Shown here piece after piece: positions 39,413 to 49,870 of a stretch of 64,000 bases of DNA (positions are counted from its first letter, which is position 1; each line of letters starts with the position of its first letter). The position numbers and the translations under genes were made by a program. The notes beneath the pieces were generated by a model. That model had not been told where the DNA came from, searched no databases, and worked only from the letters and a program-made list of their open reading frames with translations. Source of the stretch: Clostridiales bacterium (lineage in GTDB: Bacteria > Bacillota > Peptococcia > DRI-13 > UBA5745). The stretch covers positions 34,527 to 98,526 of the forward strand of contig JBCFAO010000001.1 in assembly GCA_038562165.1 (NCBI GenBank), in the 5' to 3' direction.

Positions 39413-40273
39413 ATGAACATTTCCCGATATCAGGTATTGATTAAAGTGGCGGAGCTGGGCAGCTTATCAAAAGCTGCGGATGTGCTGGGCTATACCCAAC
39501 CCGGCATCAGCCACACATTAAACGCCCTGGAGGCTGAATGGGGCATACAATTGTTAACCAGAGGCCGCTCCGGCGTGGAATTAACGGCGGAAGGAGAATT
39601 GCTGCTGCCTGCCGTCAGGCGGGTTTGCAACGTCCATGATGATCTGTTTCACCAAATATCGGCGGTCAAAGGCGTAGAAACGGGAATCCTTCGAGTGAGC
39701 ACCATCAACAGCGTATCCGCCCACTATTTGCCGGCCCTGATAAAATCTTTTAAACAATCATACCCGAATATCCGATTTGAGCTGTTTCAAGGTGAAGACA
39801 AGGAAAATGAGAAGTGGATAACAACGGGCAAAGTCGATTGCAGTTTTACTTTGCTGCCAAGCCTCAAGGAATTATCCAGCATCAGTCTTTATGAGGATCA
39901 AATGGTAGCCATACTGCCTGAGGATTACCCTGGGGATAAAAAAGCTTTTCCCGTTCATAACTTTGAGCGGGAGGCTTACATCTATGTTGACGGCAGCCCG
40001 AGAAATATTGAGAAGCATTTTGAAATTCTGGGTGTGAAGCCCAATATCCAGTTTACGGTAAAGGATGAGTTTTCGGCCATGCAAATGGTGGAATCCGGTC
40101 TGGGTATCAGTGTTCTTTCCGAATTATTTCTGCGGCGGACTTCTTACCGGATTAAAATGCTGCCGTTAGATCCGCCTAATCGCCGGCGCATTGGCCTGGT
40201 ATATAACCACCGCACCTATTTGTCTTATGCCGCCAGACAATTTATCGCCTTCGTTCAGCAGTATAATAAATAA
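39413..40273 (+). CDS. LysR family regulator
   Basis: GSLSKAADVLGYTQPGISH...LE...LT.EG; start ATG 39413. Confidence 0.93.
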   Translation: MNISRYQVLIKVAELGSLSKAADVLGYTQPGISHTLNALEAEWGIQLLTRGRSGVELTAEGELLLPAVRRVCNVHDDLFHQISAVKGVETGILRVSTINSVSAHYLPALIKSFKQSYPNIRFELFQGEDKENEKWITTGKVDCSFTLLPSLKELSSISLYEDQMVAILPEDYPGDKKAFPVHNFEREAYIYVDGSPRNIEKHFEILGVKPNIQFTVKDEFSAMQMVESGLGISVLSELFLRRTSYRIKMLPLDPPNRRRIGLVYNHRTYLSYAARQFIAFVQQYNK

Positions 40274-40369
40274 CCGGCATTAATTCCTCTCAAAAAAGTA
40301 AGCCTCCTGCATAAAACAGGAGGCCTACCTATCTGCGGCTTATCCATATGAAAACTGGAGCATTATGGC

Positions 40370-40732
40370 TTATGCCTCTTCCGGGAAAACCTCTTCATGG
40401 GGCAAAGCCGGAGCGTCGGCCCACAAGCGTTCCAGATTATAGAAGCTTCTTTCATCCTCCTGAAAAATATGAATGATAATCTGGCCATAGTCCATCAGAA
40501 TCCAGCGGCCCTCCTGCATGCCTTCGATGCGGTTGAGGATGGCTCCTGTCTTCTCCAGCTCTTCTTCAATGCAGTCGGCCATGGCCTGGGTCTGGGTGCG
40601 GCTGCTGCCGGTACCTACCACAAAATAATCGGTGAGGGTAGACAAATCCTCCAGCTTTAATACGGTAATCTTGGAGCCCTTACGCTGATCCATAGCCTTA
40701 GCAGCCAAAATGGCTAATTCTTTGCTTTCCAT
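40370..40732 (-). CDS. rsfS: Ribosome silencing factor
   Basis: DYFVV.TG, WILMDYG, FYNLERLW. Confidence 0.95.
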   Translation of the reverse strand: MESKELAILAAKAMDQRKGSKITVLKLEDLSTLTDYFVVGTGSSRTQTQAMADCIEEELEKTGAILNRIEGMQEGRWILMDYGQIIIHIFQEDERSFYNLERLWADAPALPHEEVFPEEA

Positions 40733-41358
40733 ACTATACCCCTTTCTTCTTTTAACCACGCCAGGCAAAGCAGGGTGCCTTGATGGAGCGGCAGTTTTTT
40801 TCTTTCTAAATAAACCAGAGTCTGTTCGATGGCCTCAATCATAGCGGCCCGTAAATCTTGACGGCAAAGCCGCCGTAAAATATCTACTCCATTATATGCC
40901 CGGCCGGGCTCTATTAAATCTGCCATAAAAATGATACAGGCTTCCAGGCTCATGTCCGGCCCTCCTACGGTGTGCAGGCGGATTGCTTCTAAAATAACCG
41001 GATCGGCTATCCCCCATTCCCGGCAAGCCCGCCAGGCCCCTACAGGCCCGTGCAGTATGGAAGGATTTTCTCTTTCCGCCGGGTCCGTAATCAAACCCTG
41101 AGCCTCTGCCAAGGCCAGGAGCTGCTCATTGCTCAACTCCTTAGCGCTATCGTGGAGAAGTCCTGCCAGGGCCAGCTTAACTAAATCACCGCCGAACAAA
41201 TGTCCCATAGCCACTGCCTCGTCAGCCACCGCCAAGCTATGATTAAAGCGCCGGGGTTTTAGCTGTCCTTGCAGCTTGTCTCTTAAGCTTTGCCATTCTT
41301 TTTGGCAGCCAGCCCGGCGGCAAATTTCTTCTGCTGTCTTTCCCGTTTCATTATTCAT
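40714..41358 (-). CDS. yqeK: HD-domain Ap4A hydrolase
   Basis: [26 protein letters not shown]; lies between nadD and rsfS. Confidence 0.9.
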   Translation of the reverse strand: MNNETGKTAEEICRRAGCQKEWQSLRDKLQGQLKPRRFNHSLAVADEAVAMGHLFGGDLVKLALAGLLHDSAKELSNEQLLALAEAQGLITDPAERENPSILHGPVGAWRACREWGIADPVILEAIRLHTVGGPDMSLEACIIFMADLIEPGRAYNGVDILRRLCRQDLRAAMIEAIEQTLVYLERKKLPLHQGTLLCLAWLKEERGIVWKAKN

Positions 41359-42017
41359 GGTTTATATAATCCCTGCTTGTATATGTATTGTTCCACTGTC
41401 TCCGGCAGCAAATACTTGATGGAACGGCCCCGGGCCACCCGGCTGCGGATATCCGTAGAGGATATGGCCATGGCCGGCACCTCAATGGTAATGATTTTCT
41501 TCAGGTATTCCGGTTTTAGCTGGGCCCCCAACCGCTCCGCCATGGCCTGGTTCTGAAAGCCCGGCCGGGTGGCGGCAACAAAGGTACAATCGGCAAAAAG
41601 CTCATCAATGCCCTTCCAGGTAAGGATCTCCAAAATGGCGTCGGCCCCGGTGATAAAAAACAACTCACCGTCTTTATCCATCATCTGGCGAAAATAGCTT
41701 ACCGTATCGGCGGAGTAAGAATAACCCAGGCGGTTGATCTCTACTCTGGATACCTCAAAACAGGGATTGGTAACCGTAGCCAGTTCCGTCATTAAAAAAC
41801 GCTTTTCTTTCGGCGTGACCTTTTTTTCTACCTTATGGGGGGGCTGGCCTGAGGGGACAAAAATCACTTTATCCAGATTAAAGCTGGTACGGACTGCCTC
41901 AGCCGTCACCAGATGGCCCTGATGGATGGGATCAAAAGTACCGCCCATCAAACCCAGGCGTTTGATGTTGGAGAGATCAATATCTTTTTCCGGCAATAAG
42001 CATGATTCAACGTTCAT
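41355..42017 (-). CDS. nadD: Nicotinate-nucleotide adenylyltransferase
   Basis: [27 protein letters not shown]. Confidence 0.96.
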   Translation of the reverse strand: MNVESCLLPEKDIDLSNIKRLGLMGGTFDPIHQGHLVTAEAVRTSFNLDKVIFVPSGQPPHKVEKKVTPKEKRFLMTELATVTNPCFEVSRVEINRLGYSYSADTVSYFRQMMDKDGELFFITGADAILEILTWKGIDELFADCTFVAATRPGFQNQAMAERLGAQLKPEYLKKIITIEVPAMAISSTDIRSRVARGRSIKYLLPETVEQYIYKQGLYKP

Positions 42018-42026
42018 GTTGCCTCC

Positions 42027-43286
42027 TTATTTTCTGACCTGGCCGTCCCCCTGGACAATATACTTGATGGTGGTCATTTCCTCAAGGCCCATGGGACCCC
42101 GGGCGTGGAGTTTTTGGGTACTGATGCCGATTTCCGCGCCGAAGCCAAACATACCGCCATCGGTGAATCTGGTGGAAGCATTGACAAGAACCACGGCAGC
42201 GTCAATACGGGCGGTGAATTGACGGGCGGCGTCATAATCCTTCGTGATAATCGCCTCCGAATGCCGGGTACCGTAAGTATTGATATGCTCTATGGCCTCA
42301 TCCAGACTCTCCACTACTTTTATGGAAATAATCATGTCCAAAAACTCGGCGCCATAGTCTTCCTCCGTAGCTGCCGACGACTGGGGCAAATAGGAGCGGC
42401 TTTCGGGACAAGCCCGCATTTCTACGCCTTTAGCTGCCAAGGCTGCGCCGGCCAGGGGCAGGAATTGGGCCGCTGCCTGGCGGTGTACCAGCAAGGATTC
42501 GGCGGCATTGCAAACGCCTATGCGCTGGGTTTTGGCATTGAGAAGAATATCCAGAGCCATCTGCTGGTCCGCAGCAGCATCCACATAAATATGGCAATTG
42601 CCAATACCGGTTTCAATTACCGGTACCGTAGCTTCCCGCACTACCGTCTGGATCAGGCCAGCCCCTCCCCTGGGGATTAAAAGATCCAGGTAACGGTTCA
42701 TCCGCATAAACTCAAGGGCAGCCTCCCGGCTGGTGTCCTCCAGCAACTGCACTGCATCCTCAGGGCCTTCCTGCTGCCGGATGGCCTGGCGCAGAGCCTT
42801 TACCACCGCCAGATTTGAGGCCTTGGCCTCGCCGGAGCCCCGCAAAATCACGGCATTGCCGGTCTTAAAACAAATGCCGGCGGCATCGGCCGTTACATTA
42901 GGCCTTGCTTCGTAGATCATACCGATGACGCCGAAGGGCACCCGAACCTTGGTAATTTCAATATCCTGAGCTCCCTTCCAGCCTCCCAGCACCTGACCTA
43001 CCGGATCCTTAAGGCCCACCAAATCCTCCAGGCCCTTAGCCATGGCTTCCAGCCGGTCTGCCGTCAGCGTCAGCCGGTCTACAAAGGCGGCGGTCATGGA
43101 TTTTGCTTTGGCAGCCTCCACATCTATAGCATTTGCAGCCAAAATAACCGGAGCCTCACTGCGCAAAGCCGCCGCCATAGCCCCCAGCATTCTGTTTTTA
43201 TCCACTGCCGAAAGAGCTGCCATCCGGACTGCCGCCTGCCTGGCCTTAGCTCCCAAAGCATAAATTTCTGTTTTTAACGTTTCCAT
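42027..43286 (-). CDS. proA: Glutamate-5-semialdehyde dehydrogenase
   Basis: YEARPNVT, VCNAAE, NASTRFTDG, GISTQKLHARGP. Confidence 0.97.
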   Translation of the reverse strand: METLKTEIYALGAKARQAAVRMAALSAVDKNRMLGAMAAALRSEAPVILAANAIDVEAAKAKSMTAAFVDRLTLTADRLEAMAKGLEDLVGLKDPVGQVLGGWKGAQDIEITKVRVPFGVIGMIYEARPNVTADAAGICFKTGNAVILRGSGEAKASNLAVVKALRQAIRQQEGPEDAVQLLEDTSREAALEFMRMNRYLDLLIPRGGAGLIQTVVREATVPVIETGIGNCHIYVDAAADQQMALDILLNAKTQRIGVCNAAESLLVHRQAAAQFLPLAGAALAAKGVEMRACPESRSYLPQSSAATEEDYGAEFLDMIISIKVVESLDEAIEHINTYGTRHSEAIITKDYDAARQFTARIDAAVVLVNASTRFTDGGMFGFGAEIGISTQKLHARGPMGLEEMTTIKYIVQGDGQVRK

Positions 43287-43301
43287 AATAACCTGCTTTC
43301 T

Positions 43302-44486
43302 TTATTCCCATAAGGATAAATTATCCCGGTGTATGACTTCCGGCTCGTGACCAGGGCCAAGCAAGCCCTCAATCTCACTGCTGTGCCGGCCCCGGATACT
43401 CTCCAGTTCTTTCGAACTATAGTTGACTATTCCCCGGGCAATGGTCCGGGAGGCAAAGCTGATCTCCACTACCTGCCCCCGCTCAAAGCTGCCTTGCACC
43501 TGAAGGACACCGCTGGCCAACAAGCTTTTGCCCCTTTCCTGCAAAGCTGCCGCCGCTCCCCCGTCTACGATTATGCCGCCGGCAGCCCGGGTACTAAAGG
43601 CCAGCCAACCCTTGCGGCTGCCCAGAGGATGGGCCTTCGGCAAAAACAGCGTGCCCTGATAAGCCGACGAGCCTTCGTTGACGGCCATTGCTTGCCCCCC
43701 TGCGGTCTGCTCCCGGGATTCATTAAGAAATTGCAGGCAATCCCGGCGGCTGCCGTTGGTCAGCACCATGGGAATGCCTTGCATCACCGCAATCCTGGCT
43801 GCGGCAATCTTTGTCTGCATGCCGCCGCTGCCGAATTTGCTGCCCTCGCCGCCGGCTAAGGCTTCGATCTCCGGCGTAATCTCCTCTACCAGGGGAATCA
43901 GGCTGGCCTCAGGGTCTTTACGGGGATCGCTGGTATACAGCCCGTCAATATCCGACAAAAGCACCAGCAAATCGGCATCCGTCAAACCGGCCACCATGGC
44001 GGCCAGGGTATCATTATCCCCCACTTTAATCTGATCAAAGGCCACCGTATCATTTTCATTAATGACAGGAACGGCGCCGTACTCCATAATCTGCCGCAGG
44101 GTAGTTCTGGCATTGAGGTAACGCTGGCGGTGGGCTACATCGTCTTTGGTCAGCAGCACCTGGGCTACAGCTATGCCATACTCTCCAAATAATTTCTCGT
44201 AAATATGCATCAAAATGCCCTGGCCGATAGCCGCCAAGGCTTGCTTGGCCGAAATTTCTTTCGGCTTTTCCTGTATATTGAGGCGGCCCATACCGGCTCC
44301 CACGGCAGCGGAAGTAACAAGAATCACATCCCGGCCTTGGTTTTTCAAATCCGCCAGTTGACGGACAAGCAGCTCCATTTGCATCAGGTTAAGATTGCCG
44401 GTCTGGTGGGTCAACGTGCTGGTGCCCACCTTGACTACGATGCGCTTTGCCTTATGCAGTTTGGACCATTCTGCTTTGATCTCCAT
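43302..44486 (-). CDS. proB: Glutamate 5-kinase
   Basis: VVKVGTS, NENDTV, GDNDTL, GGMQTK, C-terminal PUA domain. Confidence 0.97.
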   Translation of the reverse strand: MEIKAEWSKLHKAKRIVVKVGTSTLTHQTGNLNLMQMELLVRQLADLKNQGRDVILVTSAAVGAGMGRLNIQEKPKEISAKQALAAIGQGILMHIYEKLFGEYGIAVAQVLLTKDDVAHRQRYLNARTTLRQIMEYGAVPVINENDTVAFDQIKVGDNDTLAAMVAGLTDADLLVLLSDIDGLYTSDPRKDPEASLIPLVEEITPEIEALAGGEGSKFGSGGMQTKIAAARIAVMQGIPMVLTNGSRRDCLQFLNESREQTAGGQAMAVNEGSSAYQGTLFLPKAHPLGSRKGWLAFSTRAAGGIIVDGGAAAALQERGKSLLASGVLQVQGSFERGQVVEISFASRTIARGIVNYSSKELESIRGRHSSEIEGLLGPGHEPEVIHRDNLSLWE

Positions 44487-44582
44487 AATACCGCTCCTGA
44501 CTAAGCAATGCTGAGCATACTATGATTAAAGGCCATGTCAGCCCCGCTCATGCTCTAATGATGTTAAACCATTATAACATAT

Positions 44583-46031
44583 TTAACTTTCCTGCCAAAA
44601 GCCTTTGCTGAATAAAATTAAAATCGTATATAGCTCCAGGCGGCCCAGAAGCATTAGGAAGGACATAAAGTACAGGCTCCAGGCCGGCATATTGCCGTAA
44701 TTATCCATAGGCCCCAATTGGCCGAAGGCAGGCCCAACATTATTGATACAGGTGGCCACAACAGAAAAGGAGGTCAGCATATCATAATCCGCCAGGCAAA
44801 AAACGGCTGTGGAAATTAAAGTGATCAGCACATAAATAAACAGGAAACTTTGGGTGCTGGCCATAACCTCCGGCGTGATCAGACGGTCGTTTACCCGCAG
44901 ATTCACTACAGCCCTGGGATGTAAAATGCGGGTAAAGATTGATTTGGCGCTTTTGCACAAAATCAAAAACCGGCCTGCCTTCAGGCCGCCGCCGGTAGAG
45001 CCGGCGCAAGATCCGATAAAGGGAATCATCAGCACCAATAATTGTCCGATAGGCGGCCATAACGTATAATCGGCATTTACAAAGCCTGAGGAGGTATAGA
45101 CAGAAGCGAGCTGCACATAGCTTTCGACCAAAGCTCCGGGAATCTGCCTGCCCCCTTTCCAAAGAAAGAGACTGTTGAGGCAAACCACCCCTATAAGCAA
45201 ACCCAGATAAAGCCGAAGTTCCTCATTTTTCCAAAAAGGCTTTAAAGAACGGTGCTTATACGCAGCATAAAAAAGCCCGATGCTCAGGCCTGAGGTCGTC
45301 ATGAAAAAGGCCAGGGTTACTTGAATCAGTGGGCTAAAGCCTATAAGACTATCGTTTTTCGTGGAAAAGCCGCCGGTGGAGATAGTACTGAAAACATGAC
45401 ATACCGCGTCAAAGGGCGTCATACCCACTAAAATCATGACCAAAATCATGACGAAAGTGAGAACTAAATAAGTCAGCCAAAGGATTTTAGCCGTTTCCTT
45501 AATACGGGGAGCAATTTTTTCTTTGATAGGCCCTGTGGCCTCGGCCTTAAACATCTGCATGCCGCTATTACCAAAAAAGCTAAGAAGGGAAACGAAAAGT
45601 ACTACGATGCCCAAGCCTCCCAGCCAGTGGGTCAGGCTGCGCCATAAAAGTACACTGCGCTCCAAGGCCTCCACATCGGCAATTACCGAAGCGCCGGTAG
45701 TAGTAAAGCCGGAAACCGTCTCAAAAAAAGCCTCGGGGAAATTGGGAATAACACCGTAAGCCAAATAAGGAATAGCGCCATAGACTCCCGCTACCAGCCA
45801 GGTTATCACCACCAGGAGATAAGCGTCCCGGGAAGTTATATCACCAAACTCATTGAAGCCATGGCGAAGGCCCAAGCCCCCTAAAATTCCGGACAAGCCC
45901 ACTACCCCGAAAACCAAGGCATGCCGGTCACCGTCAATAATACCCAAAACCATAGGAAAAAACATGGAAAGCCCTAGAACTGCCAGGACTACACCTAAAT
46001 AAGAAAGTATACGCTTAATATTCGTCGCCAA
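44583..46031 (-). CDS. trkH: Trk K+ uptake membrane subunit
   Basis: SGFTTTG, STGGFS, GSTGGG.K, NNVGP, GRLE. Confidence 0.94.
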   Translation of the reverse strand: MATNIKRILSYLGVVLAVLGLSMFFPMVLGIIDGDRHALVFGVVGLSGILGGLGLRHGFNEFGDITSRDAYLLVVITWLVAGVYGAIPYLAYGVIPNFPEAFFETVSGFTTTGASVIADVEALERSVLLWRSLTHWLGGLGIVVLFVSLLSFFGNSGMQMFKAEATGPIKEKIAPRIKETAKILWLTYLVLTFVMILVMILVGMTPFDAVCHVFSTISTGGFSTKNDSLIGFSPLIQVTLAFFMTTSGLSIGLFYAAYKHRSLKPFWKNEELRLYLGLLIGVVCLNSLFLWKGGRQIPGALVESYVQLASVYTSSGFVNADYTLWPPIGQLLVLMIPFIGSCAGSTGGGLKAGRFLILCKSAKSIFTRILHPRAVVNLRVNDRLITPEVMASTQSFLFIYVLITLISTAVFCLADYDMLTSFSVVATCINNVGPAFGQLGPMDNYGNMPAWSLYFMSFLMLLGRLELYTILILFSKGFWQES

Positions 46032-46068
46032 GAAAACGTCTTCCCTTCAATCATCTAACTATAATTAT

Positions 46069-47406
46069 CTAACTAAACAATTTAATAACCTGATCATAGA
46101 CCCTGGGCAGACAAAATACGGTAACCTGATCATCAGGTAGCAGCCTGTCGTTTCCCTTGGCGATCATCACCTCGCCGTTTCGCATGATAGAGCCTACGAT
46201 AGAACCTACGGGGAACGTAAGATCCTTTAATTTATGTCCGGCAACCTTGGAATGGGGATCTACTTCGAATTCCATCATGCTGGCTCCTTCTTCTCTGAGA
46301 AGGGTAAAAGAAAGCAAATGGGCGCTTTTTTTGATGAATCGAAATATGGCGTTGGCTGTTAAAACCCTGGGGCTTACCCCGATATCGATACCTACCCGTT
46401 CCATCATATCAATATAATCGGAACGCCGTACCTGGGCTATAGTACGCCTGGCCCCCAAATGCTTAGCAATAAGGCTGACCAGCAGATTGACCTTATCATC
46501 GTCGGTAACGCTGACAAAGACGTCAGTTTTGCCCGCGCCTTCTTGCTTTAGCAGGTCCAAATCCGTGGCGTCGCCGTGAATGACCAGCACCCGCCGGAAC
46601 TCTTCAGACAATGCTTCACATTTTTTATAATCCTTCTCAATAAGTCTGACTGCATAGTCATTTTTTTCCAATATTTTAGCCAAATGACCGCCGGTCCTGC
46701 CCCCGCCCAGAATGATCACCCGCTGGGTCTCTTGCCGCTCCATACCCAGAAAATGCTCCACTTGAATCATCTCGTTGGTGCGGGCCAGCAGAAAAATAGT
46801 ATCTCCAGCCAAAATCTTATCGTTGCCCCGGGGAATGATTACCTTATGATTACGGGCTACAGCTATAATCAAATAAGGCAGCTGGGGGTTTAATTGGCTC
46901 ATGGCCAAGCCCTTAACCGGGGATTTTTCCGAAATGGGCAGCTCCAGCAGCATCACTTTATGGTCGGCGTAATACATCACATCCAAAGCTTCCGGCACCT
47001 CAATAAGCTTGGCGATTTCCCGGGCGGTAACCAACTCCGGATTGATGATCAGATCGATGCCCGATAAAAAATTAGCTCCGGAAGACTTCTCTTCCAGATA
47101 CTCGGGATTACGTACCCGGGCAATAGTGCTTTTGACACCGGCTTGCTTGCCCAACATGCAAGCTACCATGTTAACCTCATCGGAAGCGGTAACGGCCACC
47201 AAAAGACCGGCCTCCGCTATGCCGGCGCTTTCCAGAACGGATATGCTGGCGCCGTTACCCTGGATCACATGGATATCCAATTTATCTTCCAATGAAGCGA
47301 TGTGCTCCTCATTTTTCTCAATGACGGTCACATCATAGTCTTCCTCTGTCAGCAACTCGGCAATGGAGAAACCCAGCTTACCGCCGCCAACAATAATAGC
47401 AAGCAT
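46069..47406 (-). CDS. trkA: Trk K+ uptake NAD-binding subunit
   Basis: Two RCK domains (GGGKLG, GGGRTG). Confidence 0.94.
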   Translation of the reverse strand: MLAIIVGGGKLGFSIAELLTEEDYDVTVIEKNEEHIASLEDKLDIHVIQGNGASISVLESAGIAEAGLLVAVTASDEVNMVACMLGKQAGVKSTIARVRNPEYLEEKSSGANFLSGIDLIINPELVTAREIAKLIEVPEALDVMYYADHKVMLLELPISEKSPVKGLAMSQLNPQLPYLIIAVARNHKVIIPRGNDKILAGDTIFLLARTNEMIQVEHFLGMERQETQRVIILGGGRTGGHLAKILEKNDYAVRLIEKDYKKCEALSEEFRRVLVIHGDATDLDLLKQEGAGKTDVFVSVTDDDKVNLLVSLIAKHLGARRTIAQVRRSDYIDMMERVGIDIGVSPRVLTANAIFRFIKKSAHLLSFTLLREEGASMMEFEVDPHSKVAGHKLKDLTFPVGSIVGSIMRNGEVMIAKGNDRLLPDDQVTVFCLPRVYDQVIKLFS

Positions 47407-47407
47407 C

Positions 47408-47701
47408 TTACCTTATGCCTCCCCAATATAATAGTGCCCCCCATTGCAGCATAGCTAAAAGGGGTGTTAAGTAATAAAAGACCGGCTTATTTGTCTTATG
47501 CCTAAACCAGGTCATGGCCAGCCATAAGCCTAAGGCGCCGCCGAAAAAAGCGCCCCAAAGCAGCAGCCTTTCCGGCACCCGGCCTTTTTGCCTTTTGGCT
47601 TGTAGTTTATCCCAACCGGCCAGCAAAAGCAATACAAAACTGGCAAAAAGACAAAACACTATCAGCTGTTGAATATTAACTTGCGGCAAATAAATTTCCA
47701 A
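47408..47701 (-). CDS. DUF1294 membrane protein
   Basis: DKLQAKR...RVPE..L...GG..G...FRHKT.K. Confidence 0.88.
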   Translation of the reverse strand: MEIYLPQVNIQQLIVFCLFASFVLLLLAGWDKLQAKRQKGRVPERLLLWGAFFGGALGLWLAMTWFRHKTNKPVFYYLTPLLAMLQWGALLYWGGIR

Positions 47702-47728
47702 TTCTCTTCCTCCGGCTATGCTGCGGAA

Positions 47729-49807
<2,079 letters not shown>

Positions 49808-49818
49808 TCATTCGCCTA

Positions 49819-49839
49819 TTTAAACTTGAGATTTTGCAT
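49819..49839. repeat. Dispersed repeat family, locus 2: solo copy in the pcrA-ligA spacer
   Basis: TTTAAACTTGAGATTTTGCA (49819-49838) is the exact reverse complement of TGCAAAATCTCAAGTTTAAA at 53660-53679. Confidence 0.75.
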
Positions 49840-49870
49840 ATTTTTCAGTGCTCCTGCCCAATACCGCGGC

